From: Octopus sinensis | Lineage: Eukaryota | NCBI RefSeq assembly: GCF_006345805.1 | Contig: NC_043021.1 | Span: 23,250,001 to 23,314,000, forward strand | Length of the DNA: 64,000 bases | Reading direction: 5' to 3' | In this document: positions 30,856-44,731 of the stretch, piece by piece | Layout of the letters: every line of letters starts with the position of its first letter | Numbering within the stretch: the stretch's first letter is position 1 | The notes under the pieces: generated by a model | Told to the model about the DNA's origin: nothing | What the model saw: the letters and a program-made list of their open reading frames with translations, nothing else | Databases searched by the model: none | Program-made: the position numbers and the translations under genes

Positions 30856-31681
30856 TAATTAGTAATTCAGCTCTCAACCTAATTAATTGCATCGTTTTGG
30901 CAATGATGATCGAGATGTAAGCTACATTTGGAGCTAAAATAATTGGAAATTGATTCTTTAAAATATTTATTTCAAAGTTTTCGAGGTAAAAAATGGCAGC
31001 GTAAGGCAAAAAAGTGACTTTGAATCAAAATATCTCAGTTATTTCCAAAGGAAATGTGTAGATTAATCAAATTTAAAAGAACGTCTTCATTGGGAAGACT
31101 CTTTTAGTAAAAATCCCGTTATAAAATTCAACCGACAAAAAAGAAGTGTGGCTTTTAGCGACGTAGAATTGGTAACAATTAAATCCACGTCGAAGTGTTC
31201 TAATGCTTCTGATATTTGTTTGCCAAAGATTTCCAATAAAGTTTGATGAGTTATCCTTGTTCTTCATTGTCTTCTGAAGTGTTCAAATTGTAAAGTCAAT
31301 TTATAGGTACCCAGTATTTATCTTCTACCAAAAGGTGACCATTGTTTTATGAACTTTGAATAGGATTCTGATAGTTATGCACTGGTCTGAAGATGGTCAA
31401 TGTTATTGCAATAATTATTATTTTATTGTTTTGAAAACCTTTTTTATCATTACACTGCTACTGGAGTATGTACTTTTACTATTCCTTGTTTCAGTTATCA
31501 GATTGCGGCCATGCTGGAGTACTACCTTCAAGCGTTTACTCGAACAAATCATCCTTAGTACTGAATTTTTAAAATCTGGCACTTAATCAGTCGGATACCT
31601 TTTGAGGAATCACTAAGTTACGGGGGACGTAAACAAACCAATATTGGTTATCAAGCACTCGCATATATATATATAATATAT

Positions 31682-31748
<67 letters not shown>

Positions 31749-32253
31749 GAAGGGAATCCACACAGTTTCCTGCAGCAAATTTACTCACAACGCTTAGTTG
31801 ACCCAAGGTTATAGTTAATGTTATTTGTCCAAGGTGCCACACAGTTGGACTAAAGAATCCATGGATGTGAGATGTAATTTTCCTGCCACAGAACCTTGCC
31901 TGTATGGAGGAAGATATTTCTACCATAGATGAGAATGTTGACTAAAACCCATATTGTGCACATAAGAAAGTCTCCTTGTTATTTTTTTTTATTTTTGTAT
32001 TTTATTCCCTTCCATCTTTTGCTGTTTTGTTATCAGGTTTTCTGTTAGGATAATTAAGTTAGATTGAAGGAACCTATTCTTGTTCAAACAACACTTCCCA
32101 TAGAAATATAAAGAGGAATAAACAATTGTAGTGTGTAATATCAGCATTTACCCTGTTAGTGTTGACTAAAAAGCAATTTAGAAATGAACAAGAGTAAACA
32201 GATTTATTTAATTTTACTTATTTTAAAGTGTGTAATATTTGTCTCTTTTTCAG

Positions 32254-32325
32254 ATATTTGAACAGCAACCCAATAGAAAAATATGAAGATGGCGCTTTCT
32301 TATTCCTTCCCAGCATAGTTAAAAT
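32254..32325 (+). CDS. Host gene exon: 72-bp leucine-rich repeat, YLNSNPIEKYEDGAFLFLPSIVK (phase 2-2)
   Basis: tctctttttcag acceptor, gtaagc donor, 24-codon LRR consensus. Confidence 0.85.
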
Positions 32326-33879
32326 GTAAGCAAACAAGTTCTTTTGGGTTATAGGAAAATGAAAATAATAAAATGAGGTCATAAAATTCTCAATTCCTCG
32401 TTAAATGTTGTTGGTAATAAACAACAATGAGTTGATTTAAATTTCAGTGGATCAACATGATTTCCGAGCACTGTGTTTTATTATCGAAAAGATTATGTTC
32501 AAATATCAGAAGGTTGGTTTGATCTAGTTTACCCCATGTTTATAAATACTCATAATTAACTGGAGTCGAGAGAGTGGCCTACATACAAACCTTCATGCAC
32601 ACATATATAAATTTCCTGTGTGTGTATGCGTATGTGCATATATAGCATACACACACACACACATATATTATATTGTTATTACTTATTATATCCTTATGAC
32701 AACGGAGTTATCAGAAGGAATAAGAACCACAAAAATTCCATTCAAATATTTCTGATGATTGCTGTATTTGCCTCTGTTTTTCTACCACGAAGCCATTGGT
32801 AATTGGTAATCAAGGGGCTAAAATATTCTTCTACGATAAGCACAAGGCCTGCAATTTTGTGGCGGGGCTTGTCGATTACATCCACCCTAGTGCTCGGCTG
32901 GTACTTAATTCATCGACCCCAAAAAGATGAAAGGCAAAATCGTCCTCCAAATTTTGAACTCAGAACATGAAAAGAGAACACCCTGTAACTAAAGGGCCGA
33001 TTAATACGCAGTATTACTGTATCGCAAGATTTTGTGATTTGCCAATCTGATTCAATGTGTATGATATCTCCATTCTTCTGTGTTAATACACACACACACA
33101 CCACACACACACACACACACATGTATATATACACGTGTGTGTGGAGAGGTAAAGAAAGAGAGGGAAATTTAACACAATCCTATCCCTATTAAAGCTTAAC
33201 CACACTGCTTGGAATGGAGAACCTTTTAAGGGAGACAAATAGTAGTAAAACTAACAACGTTTGCGCAGTATTAGAGGTTGGGAGGTATACAAGCAGACCT
33301 ATTTCAAAATTGTATTTATCAGAACATTATAGAATTGCATTACGATGTAGCAAAATTCCTAAAAGGTTCAGAATATTCTCTTCTGAAAATCATATTCAAT
33401 AATTCAATAGCATATCATCTATATCTAGAATATCCTCTAAATCTAGTATGCCATTTATATATTCTCTAACCACATCCTACCTAATTTTATTTGGTATCTG
33501 TTATTTTCAATTATCATTTTCTCATTTCTCCTCTCTAATAAATCTACTGCAGTTTGTAGTACAGAGTGGTGTGAATGGATTACATTCATACCCCCATCTC
33601 TCTCTCTCTCTCTCTCTGTAACTCTAACTTTACTTTCTACTACCATATTCATGCTTGAATGTGTATGAAGATGTCTATGATTGCATGTGAATGGTCAAAT
33701 GAGAAGGTTAAACCTTCTTTTATTCATTTTCCCTCTAATTTCTACTCAGACATAAGACAATTGAACTGAGAGGTTTTTGGCTTTAGGGATTATCGGATGA
33801 CCTCCTCATCAATGGATTATTTGGTTTTGGTCAATACACAGCGAATGAGACAGACCAATGAGGCAGCGAGAGCCTGGTC

Positions 33880-34000
33880 TTATGCAACAATGATCAGGCT
33901 TTCAGTGGTACGCTTCAAATCACTTCGCTCAAGCCATGCCCACGATGCTGTATTATCCTTAACATCCTGTTTATTCTTTTCAAACTGTCCATGCATTCTC
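33880..34000 (-). mobile_element. R4/Dong-like LINE fragment
   Basis: MHGQFEK...SWAWLERSDLKRTTESLIIVA*DQAL. Confidence 0.6.
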
Positions 34001-34142
34001 ATTTAAAGAATGTATTCCTCCTCCTCATCATCATCAACATCATCATCATCATCATCACCTCCATCATCATCATAATCATCACCATCATAATCATCATCAT
34101 CATCATTATCATCACCATCACCATCATAATCATCACCATCAT

Positions 34143-34181
<39 letters not shown>

Positions 34182-34551
34182 ATGAAAACTCACAGCTTAC
34201 TTTTCTGGGTTTGATGGAAAGTGTTACTTGTTTACTGTTTATACTTCAAGAACCCTACGAAGAATTCTTGCGTTCCAAGCAATGCTGATTTCTTTTAGGT
34301 GTTCTACCTTCACACTTGTACCAATTGTTTTCAGTCATGCTGGGAGTTGAGTGCTAATACTTCCAAATGTACCAATTACTACTGGTATCACCTCTACTCT
34401 CTTCATTGTCAACAACCTTCTATTTCTCACTTCAAATAGTCATGGTTGTGTAATTATTATTATTATTGTTTTTGTTGTATTTTTGTTGATGTTGTTGCTG
34501 TTGTTCTTGCTGTTGCTCTTTTTTAAAAACACTGAAAATATTGTATAATAT

Positions 34552-34859
34552 CCATCTCAATATGGCTAACCACTAACGGTGGGTGTTACTGTAGCTTGTA
34601 GCCCCAGGAGATCATCGTCTCCAGCTGGCTTTAGGCACACTATCTGTGCCCTTATGGTATTTGCAAAGGGAGGTCATCCCTCTCTCATAAGCCTAAGTGA
34701 TACGCACGGACCGCAGTTTCGAGGTATTTGCCTCTTGTCAACGCACGGTAATCACCGGTTTACGATCGTAAACCGGTGAATACCGTGCGTTGACGATGAT
34801 CTCCTGGGGTTAAAAGCTATAGTAACACCCACCCTTAGTGGTTAGCCATATTGAGATGG
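34552..34859. mobile_element. Palindromic element: 68-bp terminal inverted arms plus a 58-bp loopless internal palindrome
   Basis: 34552-34619 matches the reverse complement of 34792-34859. 34737-34794 is self-complementary with one mismatch. Confidence 0.85.
34703..34747 (-). ncRNA. Type I hammerhead motif with U3-A8 core (UUGACAA)
   Basis: cgtgcg-ttgacaa-gagg caaata cctc-gaaa-c tgcg gtc-cgtgcg. Confidence 0.65.
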
Positions 34860-35472
34860 CTATTATACTTTACGTTGTCGAGCCGTTACTGTTTACATCT
34901 CGTTCAGAGATTTATTATTGACTGAAAATATTCAAATTGATATATCAAAATTGAATATTAATTTTCCCCTTCTTAATTAGGAGTATTACTATACATGTCT
35001 TTACCGCTGAAGCTATAAAATGTACAACACTGTAATCTCTCAGTTTCTGCGCTGGTACGTCTCTAGTTTTAAAACCAGTTGCTACATAGAATAAACACGA
35101 CCTTCTTAGCGCCAAAACCGCCCGTCTAAACGAGTTTTCTCAGACAGAGCGGCGCAAGATCCCTACCACCAAATTCCCGACACTAAAATGTCCCTAAACT
35201 ACAATAAAATAGAATCGTTTCAAGTGGCTAGTAATCTTATTTAAAGGTACTTTATTATTCAATATCTAAGCTAAAAGAGAAAAGAACCTTAGTGCTTCCA
35301 CTTTCTACTAGAAACCATTTCGCAATATTGATGTTATTAACAACACTTAGAAAAATGAATGCCATAGCGTTTATAAACCTGCTCAAATTTTATAATCTTT
35401 GTTTCTTGTCAAATCACATAGGAATTTCTCTGTTGATCTGAAACGCATTCAGAGTTCTCTTTATTATTACAG

Positions 35473-35630
35473 TTACCTCGAATACAATAAGCTTATGAAG
35501 TGTGGATGTCACTTGCCAGCCTTCGTTAAGTATATTAAAAAAGTCTATAACAGAACTGTTGCTGTCTCTGGCACGTGTCAGGAAGGCTCAGGGAAACGAA
35601 TACCTATACTGGATTATTCGCAATGTCAAA
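35473..35630 (+). CDS. Host gene exon: last LRR plus LRRCT, YLEYNKLMKCGCHLPAFVKYIKK...GTCQ...YSQCQ (phase 2-1)
   Basis: ttattattacag / gtaagt; 158 bp; CxC...C...C cap; phase joins 32325. Confidence 0.85.
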
Positions 35631-36715
35631 GTAAGTAAAATTCTCGTTTCTTCTTTTCTTTTATTATTAATACTAAGAAAATCCGGGTTATTCTCTGAAG
35701 CTTGCAATATAATGTCTTATGAAAGGGAAACTATAGATAAAGATATGAGGAATAAACGTTTTACCATTCGCACGCTTTACATTCACATCTTCTCTCCAAC
35801 GAACTTATAGATTCAACTGTATCACACAAACCATCAACAGCACACACACACACACACACAACAAAATGTCGCTAACAACCATAACTGGTTGATAGGTTAA
35901 CCAAACGGTTAATCAAACATTCATTTAGTTAATTCGTTAACAAATTGTTAACAAAGTGACGAATAATGAAGTGAAATAGAACCAGTACGTGTGTTTTTTA
36001 TTGGCTTAATGACCCTCCCGAGATACAAAAAAATGTTCCAGTATTCGATCCCCAGAAGAGGACAACTTGGTAACAAAGCCAAAACACTATCTTCAGTTTG
36101 GGTTTCGTGCCCATTCTCATCTGTTGTCATGAATATTGGCTAACGACTGAAAGAGTCTGATCTCAAACAGAAGCGGCCGAAATGGGATTCCTCCGAAAAA
36201 ACTGGAGTAGCTTTACTCGACACAGTGTGTACCTTGGAGATGAGGGAGTCTCTCCAGATCAGGTCGGTACTTTTCCGTATTGTGCCACTACATTTCCGGT
36301 AATGCGGACATGCGATTAGGATGTCACATGACAAAATCGCAAGATCGATTCTTTAAAATGATGAAAAACAGCAGGGAATGTAGAGTTAGACCAAAAAGTG
36401 ATAGCTAGAAAATATCCATAGCCTCATTTGGTCATGCTTGAGAATTCAATCAGTATGCGTATTGGCAGTTGCCTCTGATAGTACCCTATGCAGGAGGTAC
36501 CTGAGGCACCAGATGTCCTCATGACCCTCCCAGGAATAATGAGCGTTGAAGATGGTAGATGGATGGATATACAGAGTGTCGGTATTAAATATAACGATTT
36601 TATGTCCCATTATATTAAGGAAAACGTAGTGTATTGGTAAGCAAAGGCGTTAGAGAGCATAAAGTTGTAGCTGAGAAAAAAGCTGATATGGCGGACTGGA
36701 AGCCATCTAAATATT

Positions 36716-36917
36716 CTTTGCTACTCTAGGCACAAGGCATGAAATTTGGTGGGGAGAGGGCCAGTCGATTGGATCGACCTAGTACGCAACTGCTACCCCG
36801 AAAGGATAAAAGCAAAGTCGACCTCTGTGGAATTTGAACACAGAACGTGAAAAAACAGACGAAATACTGCTAAGCTTTGCGCCCGGTGTGTTAACGTTTC
36901 TGCCAGCTTGCCGCCTT
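36716..36917 (-). mobile_element. SINE family A-related
   Basis: 16-bp TSD aagccatctaaatatt (36700-36715, 36920-36935). Confidence 0.75.
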
Positions 36918-38529
36918 GAAAGCCATCTAAATATTGGAAGAGAGAAACCTGTATTCATGATAATTCATGACGGTTACCACAATTCAGACACCATCACTGC
37001 TGTTCAATGCTCTGGGAACACTGTAAAGTCGCAAAGACAGTGACATGGACAGTTGCAGTAGAATCTATAGGATAAAAATCGAATAAGAGAGAAAAGTTGC
37101 TTCAGAAGATCAAATACCAAGACAAGAAAGGGCAAAATGCAGGCAAAACATTCAGTAATGTAATTGTCTCTGAAAAAGATGGCACACTTCATGAAGGTCA
37201 AATAATGTAAACTGTACAAGCAAAGGGTTGGTACACATGGGTTAAGTGAGAGACAGAAAATGGCTGACGAAAGAAGGAGAGAAGAGCAAAAGTGGTTTTA
37301 TTCGAAGAAGAGTGAACACGAATGGAAAGGGAGAGAAGAAGGGTGCGGTATGTGTGCGTATAGGGGAGGTAAACTGTTAGTAGGAGCCAAGCAGTAGTGG
37401 GAGGAAAAAGGAGGAGGAGGAGGGGGAGAGAGAGAAGTGAGTGGTTTAGAGATACAAAGCAAAACGTTGGGTGCAAAAGTGAATGTGTGAGGGCAGCACT
37501 TGTGAGTATGGGTATGTGTGTGTGAGTGTGTGTATGTGTTTGAAGAGTGAGTGTGCGGGAATATGTATGAGTCTATGTACGAGTGTGTATGCATTTGTAT
37601 GTGTGTGTCAAATGTAGAATATCCAATGGGACAAAGTTGTGTGTATGTGTGTGTGTGTGTGTTTGTCTTTGTGTGTAATAAAGTGTGCAGAGAGTAACTG
37701 TGCTACCGAAGTGAGATGTGTAGGTAGAAACTGTGGTCTAGCGTGTGAAGTGTGTATAAAGTGTAAATGTGGGCGGAGGGACAAATAATGTGAGGATGTG
37801 GGTTGGTAAGAGTGATGCTGCGGAGGAGAGAGAGGAAGAAAACAAAGTAGAGAGGTAAAGTATATATTTAGCGCTTAGCCAGGAAGACAGTCAATGCTCA
37901 TGATCATTCAGAAGGCTGCTGTGATTGGTTGGGGGAAAGTAGGAAGATATCCTGAAACCAAAGACCAGCCTTGATTGTTTATAACGGAGAAGAATCCGGC
38001 ATAAACAGCGAAGGTTCCAAATGACAGACTTAAAATGGGGTCCGATGAAGCACATCACTCCAGAAAATATATGAGTCAGTATGTATATGTATGTACATAC
38101 GCACACACATACATACATAAATACATACATACATACATACATACAATACATACATACATACATACATACATACGTACATACATACATACATGCATACATA
38201 CATACATACATAAATACATACATACATACATACATACATACACACATACATACATAAATACATACATACATACATACATACGTACATACGTACATACATA
38301 CATACATACATACATACATACATACATACATACATACATACATACGTACATACATACATACGTACATACATACATACATACATAAATTCCCATGGATGCT
38401 AGAAGTCCTTCAGCTTGGTAAATTTCCAGTGAGCCATAATCAAAGCCATAGCTGACCTGATTCCATTGTGAGCCACCATCATGAAATTAAACACAAAGAG
38501 TGACTATTATCACTGACAGAATACAATAT

Positions 38530-39590
38530 CGCAAAGGCATATTCCAAGGGGACAACCTCGTTATGATGTCGTTTATACTTTCTGTAAACCTCATGTCATT
38601 CATGTTAAGGATATCTCATTGGTTCAAAAGGAAACAGAAATTACAAAATTGAACGCTGTTTCTTTGTGAATGACTTAAAAACTTTATGCAAAGAATATGG
38701 ATGAGATGAAAAAGAGCCTTGACCAAGTTACAACATTCTCAAAAAATGTGGGGTTGGCGTTTGTTCAGGATAAATGTTATATGGTTGTGAAAAGGGCGAA
38801 AAATGTAAACCAGACTAGCAACATCGCCATCAATGACCTGACAGTTTCCCCTATATCTGAAGAGGAATGTTACAGATATCTAGGGGTGGTTGAAAATATA
38901 TCTCATAACAGCACCTGTAACAAAACAAGTGCTTTTTTACAGGTACCATTAACTTACAGGTGTCATTAAAGTATAAACAAAGAACATTACAGCTGAATAA
39001 ATAAAATTTCGACCTCAGAAATCTATGCATTCAATAAAACATTGGCCCACAACGTGTTTGCTGTGCAAGTACTCATACTGACATTTGGGCTGTTTTATTG
39101 GTCACTTGATGAGATCCGAGCTGTTTATGTGAAAACCCGGAAAATACTGACAAGTACACATAATTTCCACATAAACGGTGAAGTAGACCCCCTCTCCTTA
39201 AAACGAAAACAAGGCGGCAGGGGCTTAACATCGATGCAAAATGTCTTTGAATGTCGTATCATATCCTTTCGGTAACATCTTATAACCACAAATGTCAAAG
39301 TGCATCCCTTGACCAAGTTTGCATAATTCATATGACTTGGAAGGCAGCTCCTTGAGCAACATTCCTTATCTGATAACAGAATACATGCTCAAAGATGTCG
39401 CACGACTCTACCGCAACGTATCATTAGATGAACAGATGAGTATCTATAAACAGAAGACTATGCATGGATATGTTGGTAGAAAGTTCCGAGATGATGGCAA
39501 TATTGATGTTGTTGAAATTCCAATGAAGGAGCCGTAGGTGTAGGATAGAAACTCTCTCCTTCTCTATTGCCAACAAATCTTGAAATAACA
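38530..39590 (+). mobile_element. Decayed R4/Dong-like LINE RT fragment
   Basis: IFQGDNL...FVNDLKLYAKN...DQVTTFSKNVGLAF..DKC...RKILT..HNFH...KQGGRGL. Confidence 0.7.
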
Positions 39591-39764
39591 GTGAATAATG
39601 ACATACATACATACATAATAATACATGTATTATTATGGCTGCCCCCTTGTTACCGAGTATGGCCATTGCACGAAGCTTAACTGTTACTGGTGCTGTGATC
39701 GAATGTGACTTTTTAGCCCAGCTAAATATCTACAATGTATTTTACAGGATTGGCAACTAAAACC

Positions 39765-39796
<32 letters not shown>

Positions 39797-39824
39797 CATA
39801 CATACATACATACATACATAATAC

Positions 39825-39855
<31 letters not shown>

Positions 39856-40373
39856 CATACATACATACATACATACATACATAAATGTGTGTATATTGGA
39901 AAAAGCACAATATTAGTGATCATAATTTTTATTGTTTATCCAAATATTGTTTTGCTCACTTCACATATTATGGCCTTCTTCACATACTATATGACATTGC
40001 AGCATAACTTAAATGAGATTCTCAGGTTTCATTAGGGAGTTCCCACTGCATCAATGGTTGCAACTTACAAATTTAATCCCTTTATTTGACTTGTTCAACG
40101 ATTTTCACGTGTTTGTTACATCAGAATACTAAAAGGACAACAAGTGGCTTTCATGCTTCTCTCAGTTGAATTTGTGACATTATTGAAACGTTCCGAATGA
40201 ACATGAAAATAGGTTTATAGTCTTTGTTAATAATTTGCTTTTATGTCTAACATGTATTGATTTCAATACTAACACGCATACATTTGTTTTTACATCTGAA
40301 AGAAAAATTTTTGTTATTGCTATGCATTGCATTATTTGGTTCATAAATACAGATATTTACTTGTATTCTGTAG

Positions 40374-40459
40374 ATTACTCGTTATTTCAACGGAATTTAC
40401 AGTGTCAAACATGTTCAGGAATCATATGCAATGAAGTGACAAGCTGTCCAGGAACAGAG
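40374..40459 (+). CDS. Host gene exon: N-half of LU (Ly6/uPAR-like) domain, YSLFQRNLQCQTCSGIICNEVTSCPGTE (phase 1-0)
   Basis: ttgtattctgtag / gtaaac; 86 bp; CxxC start. Confidence 0.8.
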
Positions 40460-42411
40460 GTAAACTGGAATATTACTTTCTTCCTTTTCGTTAAAATATA
40501 TCCACAACCGTCACTCGAAAGCCATTAAGGCCACATAGATTGTACTATGCTTTCGCTAGTTTTTTTTATGCGCCTGCGTAGACATACACACACCCTGTCG
40601 ATCTTCTTATTCATGACTCAATGGGACGAGAAGGATGTGACGATTGAAGAGAGAAATAGATGAACATCACTAGGTTGGGACACATTTCACTTGATTAGAC
40701 TGGGACAAAGTGAAATGAAGTGCCTTGTTCAAGGACGCAACGTTCTACCCTGTCCAGGAATCCCTATTCAAGAAACGAACACACGAACTTAGAGTGACCT
40801 TTCTCCGACAAACATGGCTGTCCTTAGAGTAGGATGCATGAATGTATGTGGCTATAAGTCAACTTGGAATCAAGGTTCCTTGTCGAATGACCTCGGGTCA
40901 CCAACCTTAGAGGGGTAACTGGAAGTCGAACCTGGCCCTACCAGTTCGCAAACATTACAGGGAGCGGATTGAATAAGTAAGAAGCAAATGAGACTTTCCT
41001 TCATCTGCTGGCCATAGCAAAAGAGGTTGTTTGATATACGAGGTTATGAACTATTCGAAACAGATTAAATCTTCCCTCACATCAAGTAGTACAATAAGCT
41101 CTCCAGAACATAATAGGTGGGGGTCATATTGTTTCACAGAAAGGTAAAACCTATAACTTTAAAACGCAGCTAAAACACAAATTAAAATTGTCAGGCATAT
41201 CTCTGAATACACAGTTGTACATTGGTGAAAGAAACACAAGAGAAACAATAAAAGACACCGGTAATGTCACAGATCAATGCTTCACATTACGAGAATATAG
41301 GAGAATAGAGCGTGACATAAGAGCATGGCTGCTATCTGTTGCCTGTTTCATTGTCTGTTCTGATCTCAGACCTTTCTGTTTTCTTGAAGCTGAGTTAGCT
41401 TATGTAATGATTCATTCATTTGCAATCACCGACTCTATTGGCTCTTTTGAAGACGCCAGCCTTCGGACACTATCATTGGTTATGTCTTCATGACATCCTC
41501 ACTCAGTTTGGGAGATCCAATTTCCTTTCTAAAACTTTTCCAACATTGGAAGAAACAAGTTTCAATTTCAAACTAAGGCAATGCAAATCTTATTTCTAAC
41601 TTCAATGTCTACATTTTCATTGCTTTTATTATTGTTAGGTGTTTGCGATTATTAATTGCGTTTTCGTGATGGATTCTTTTCTTTAAATATTCTTCTCCAT
41701 TTTGATATTTTTCGTTTTCAGAATGTCCCTTATTAAGTTAACAAGACCTTGGTTGTTTTCTCTCCAAATTTTATACTAATATACCGTATTTTCATATAAA
41801 ATATACTTGCAAAATAAAACGAAGTTTCTCTTGTGCGTTTATGTATTTTCTGTTTTATTTGCTTGGACTGAGGAGTTCAATCTGACAATTATATTTCTTT
41901 CATCTTTGGGTAAAGGCATATTAGGTTCTCTTGTTGGTGAGTTTTGTACGCATGATTTTCCGTAAATTTTATATGAAAAATTCCTCTTGAGCATTCCTCC
42001 AGTAAGAAGAAATTTTAGAGAATTGATACATCTTTATTAGGATAATTTAACCTATTTTAAGTTGGGCAATGGGTGACAGTCGATGCGATGCGGTTTTGAT
42101 ACAGACCGTGATCCGATGGCCATATCTCCTTGTGATCCGAGAGGTTTGGACACTGTAAGCATTTAAAACATGATTTTTGAATACTAAATAGCAATAACTT
42201 TTACGGAATTTTACTTATGCTGTTAACTTTCAACAATTCGGCAACTCTTTTACGGTTTCATTATTGCTTTTGGGTATTTTAAAGCAATGATTAAACTTAC
42301 TTGCATGGTAAACACCCAGTGGTGTTGTTTCTGTTGTTGTTGCTGTAATTAGCAGTAATCGTCCTAATAAATATTGTTGTTGTAGTGTATAATTTTCATA
42401 TATTATTACAG

Positions 42412-42595
42412 CCTGTATGCCGATTCGCAATATCAATGAACGGTGCTAAACTGAAGACTGAAAGGTCCTGCAGCACATACAGAAAATGTGTTGAAGCTAT
42501 GAGAAACAATACCCTTACATGCAATAAACGGACGAATGGCACGTCTTGTACTGGTTGTTGCGTCGGACACTTATGTAACAAGAATGATTTCATTG
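42412..42595 (+). CDS. Host gene exon: C-half of LU domain, PVCRF...SCTGCCVGHLCNKNDFI (phase 0-1)
   Basis: tattattacag / gtaagt; 184 bp; terminal CC-x4-CN motif. Confidence 0.85.
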
Positions 42596-42791
42596 GTAAG
42601 TGTTATTTATTGTCTAATATAACACTAACAAGTTTATTACAAATTGATAGTTAATAAGAACATTTTATAGTAATTAATATACGGGAAAATATTTTGATGA
42701 GTGTATACGTGTGTGTATATATATACTGTTTGCAATGCTCTCTCTCCCTCTCTCCCTCCCCCCTCTCTCTCTCTCTCTAACACACACACAC

Positions 42792-43084
42792 AGATGGAAT
42801 CAAACATCACGACATGAAGGAAAAGAGTAAAAGAGAGCACTTTTGGCGAGTGAGCAAAATATTGGTTAGAAAGCTGAATGCCTGGAACATAATTTCGGCG
42901 ATAAACTCGCACGCAGTCGCAGTAGTTCGGAATGATGCTGGAAAACTGAAGTGGACGGAGGAGAAGCTAAAGGAGTTGGACAGGAAGTCAAGAAAGGTCC
43001 TAACGATGTATGGAACCAATCATCCATGGGCAGGCATTGATAGCCGATACACGAAGAGAGCGACAGGAAGAAAGGGAATGATAA

Positions 43085-43088
<4 letters not shown>
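42792..43088 (+). mobile_element. R4/Dong-like LINE fragment; longer duplicate at 53341-53880
   Basis: LKWTEEKLKELDRKSRKVLTMYG.HP...R.Y.KR..G.KG.ISV. Both copies start at the same point after (CA)n. Confidence 0.75.
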
Positions 43089-43121
<33 letters not shown>

Positions 43122-43536
43122 TTATTATTTGAGTGAATAAAATCCAAACTTACAAGGGAAAAATTAAATTTAGAAATACTAAATCAAATTTCACACATTA
43201 TAAGATGTATATAAAAAATTAAAATAAAAAAAAACACTTTTTATCAATTCAAAATGAACAATTAAATTACACCATCTAGAAAATTACATATAATAGAAAT
43301 ATAAAAAATAAATAATAATTAAATGTCAATGCTTAAGTAAATTGCAAATAATAATAATAATAATAAAAACGTATATAATAGGTAGAATAAGAATAATATA
43401 TATATATATATATAGTATTTTAAGTGTATATGTGATTATGAATGTATATTTTTATCTACGTATGTGGGTTTTATGTGCATCTATGACGTGTGTCTCATTT
43501 ATAAAAGCAGAGATTATTTTCTATATCAATCCATAG

Positions 43537-43619
43537 GCTGGACCAAATCCCTCGTATTTCGTTTGATTTTTAAAAAGTTCAACGAATATAAAATCCCCGC
43601 TGAGAACATATCAAGAGCC
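43537..43619 (+). CDS. Host gene exon: SEA-like module part 1, GWTKSLVFRLIFKKFNEYKIPAENISRA (phase 1-0)
   Basis: caatccatag / gtgagt; 83 bp; conserved in the duplicate at 57610-57692. Confidence 0.8.
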
Positions 43620-44190
43620 GTGAGTAGATATCTGCCCTCTCTCTCTCTTTCTCCGTACACAGACGCACATGCGCGCACACATATGCACTGAACATGCGCA
43701 CACATGCATACAAATACACACTCTCACGCACACATACACACACACACATGCATATTTTATAGAAGAAATGTGAAACGTCAAATAAATAGTGAGGTTTCAT
43801 GAAATTCAGACAATCAACTCCATTTACTGATAGTAAACTATTACATAAAACTTTCTTTTTTAACTTACTGAATTTTTGCTGGTCAATAAAAAGACTGTTC
43901 TATCCACTATTTTGTCTTAATATATTCCGTGATATAATTTCCGATTCTGACAGTAAATAAAATCCTACTCAAATATTCACTAATCTTATGTTTACACACA
44001 CACACACTTCCTTTTGGTAATATTTTTCTTCTCAACATTTTCGTTTTCCTTTCTGAAAAAGAGATATGCTCGGAACATTAAAAACCCTCTCATTTCCCCC
44101 ACTTTACCGAGTGTCAAGCTAATATATTTATATATAATTATATTCTCAAACGCAGGATAATGCTAATAGTATAGCATGAACAGGATAAAG

Positions 44191-44389
44191 TATTCACCTG
44201 TTGCCGAAAACTCTGTCGGCGGCCAGATTACGCGTCTTATAAAGCTAGATGTATATAGCCTAACTTTGCAGAAGTATTTGTCGTTCGCGCAGTTTAGCTT
44301 AATGGTAAAGCACTTAAAGCGTAATCACAGGGGTGTGAGGTGTAGTCACATAGCTGGCCGCCGACAGATTTTTCTGCAAATTATGGATA
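44191..44389. mobile_element. Putative MITE
   Basis: Perfect 14-bp inverted core ctgtcggcggccag (44213-44226, 44354-44367) within degenerate ~38-bp TIRs; absent from the duplicated intron. Confidence 0.55.
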
Positions 44390-44511
44390 TTTCATCCGGT
44401 TCACGTTATATCATTAGCATTATCCTGCGTTTCAGAATAAAATTATTTCTTTATCTATTTTTCAATACATCTCAACGATTTTAAATCAAACTCAGTTTCT
44501 TTCATTTAATG

Positions 44512-44561
<50 letters not shown>

Positions 44562-44602
44562 ATATATATATATTTATTATTATATACATCCGGCTTTTGC
44601 AG

Positions 44603-44655
44603 ATGGAGCATGACCTTTCAACCGTGACGGGAACATTTAGAGTTGAAGACTGTGG
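44603..44655 (+). CDS. Host gene exon: SEA-like part 2, MEHDLSTVTGTFRVEDC (phase 0-2)
   Basis: ggcttttgcag / gtaagc; 53 bp; duplicate at 58032-58084. Confidence 0.8.
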
Positions 44656-44731
44656 GTAAGCAAATGCTTCTAGCACATTTATTCAAATTTATTTGCTTTT
44701 GTTCCAAACATTCGATTTTATCGCATGTATT

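Noticed and set aside
33278-33469. Possible extra host exon between LRR and LRRCT
   Set aside because: The phase-2 reading stops immediately, there is no LRR pattern, and the flanking exons already join in frame.
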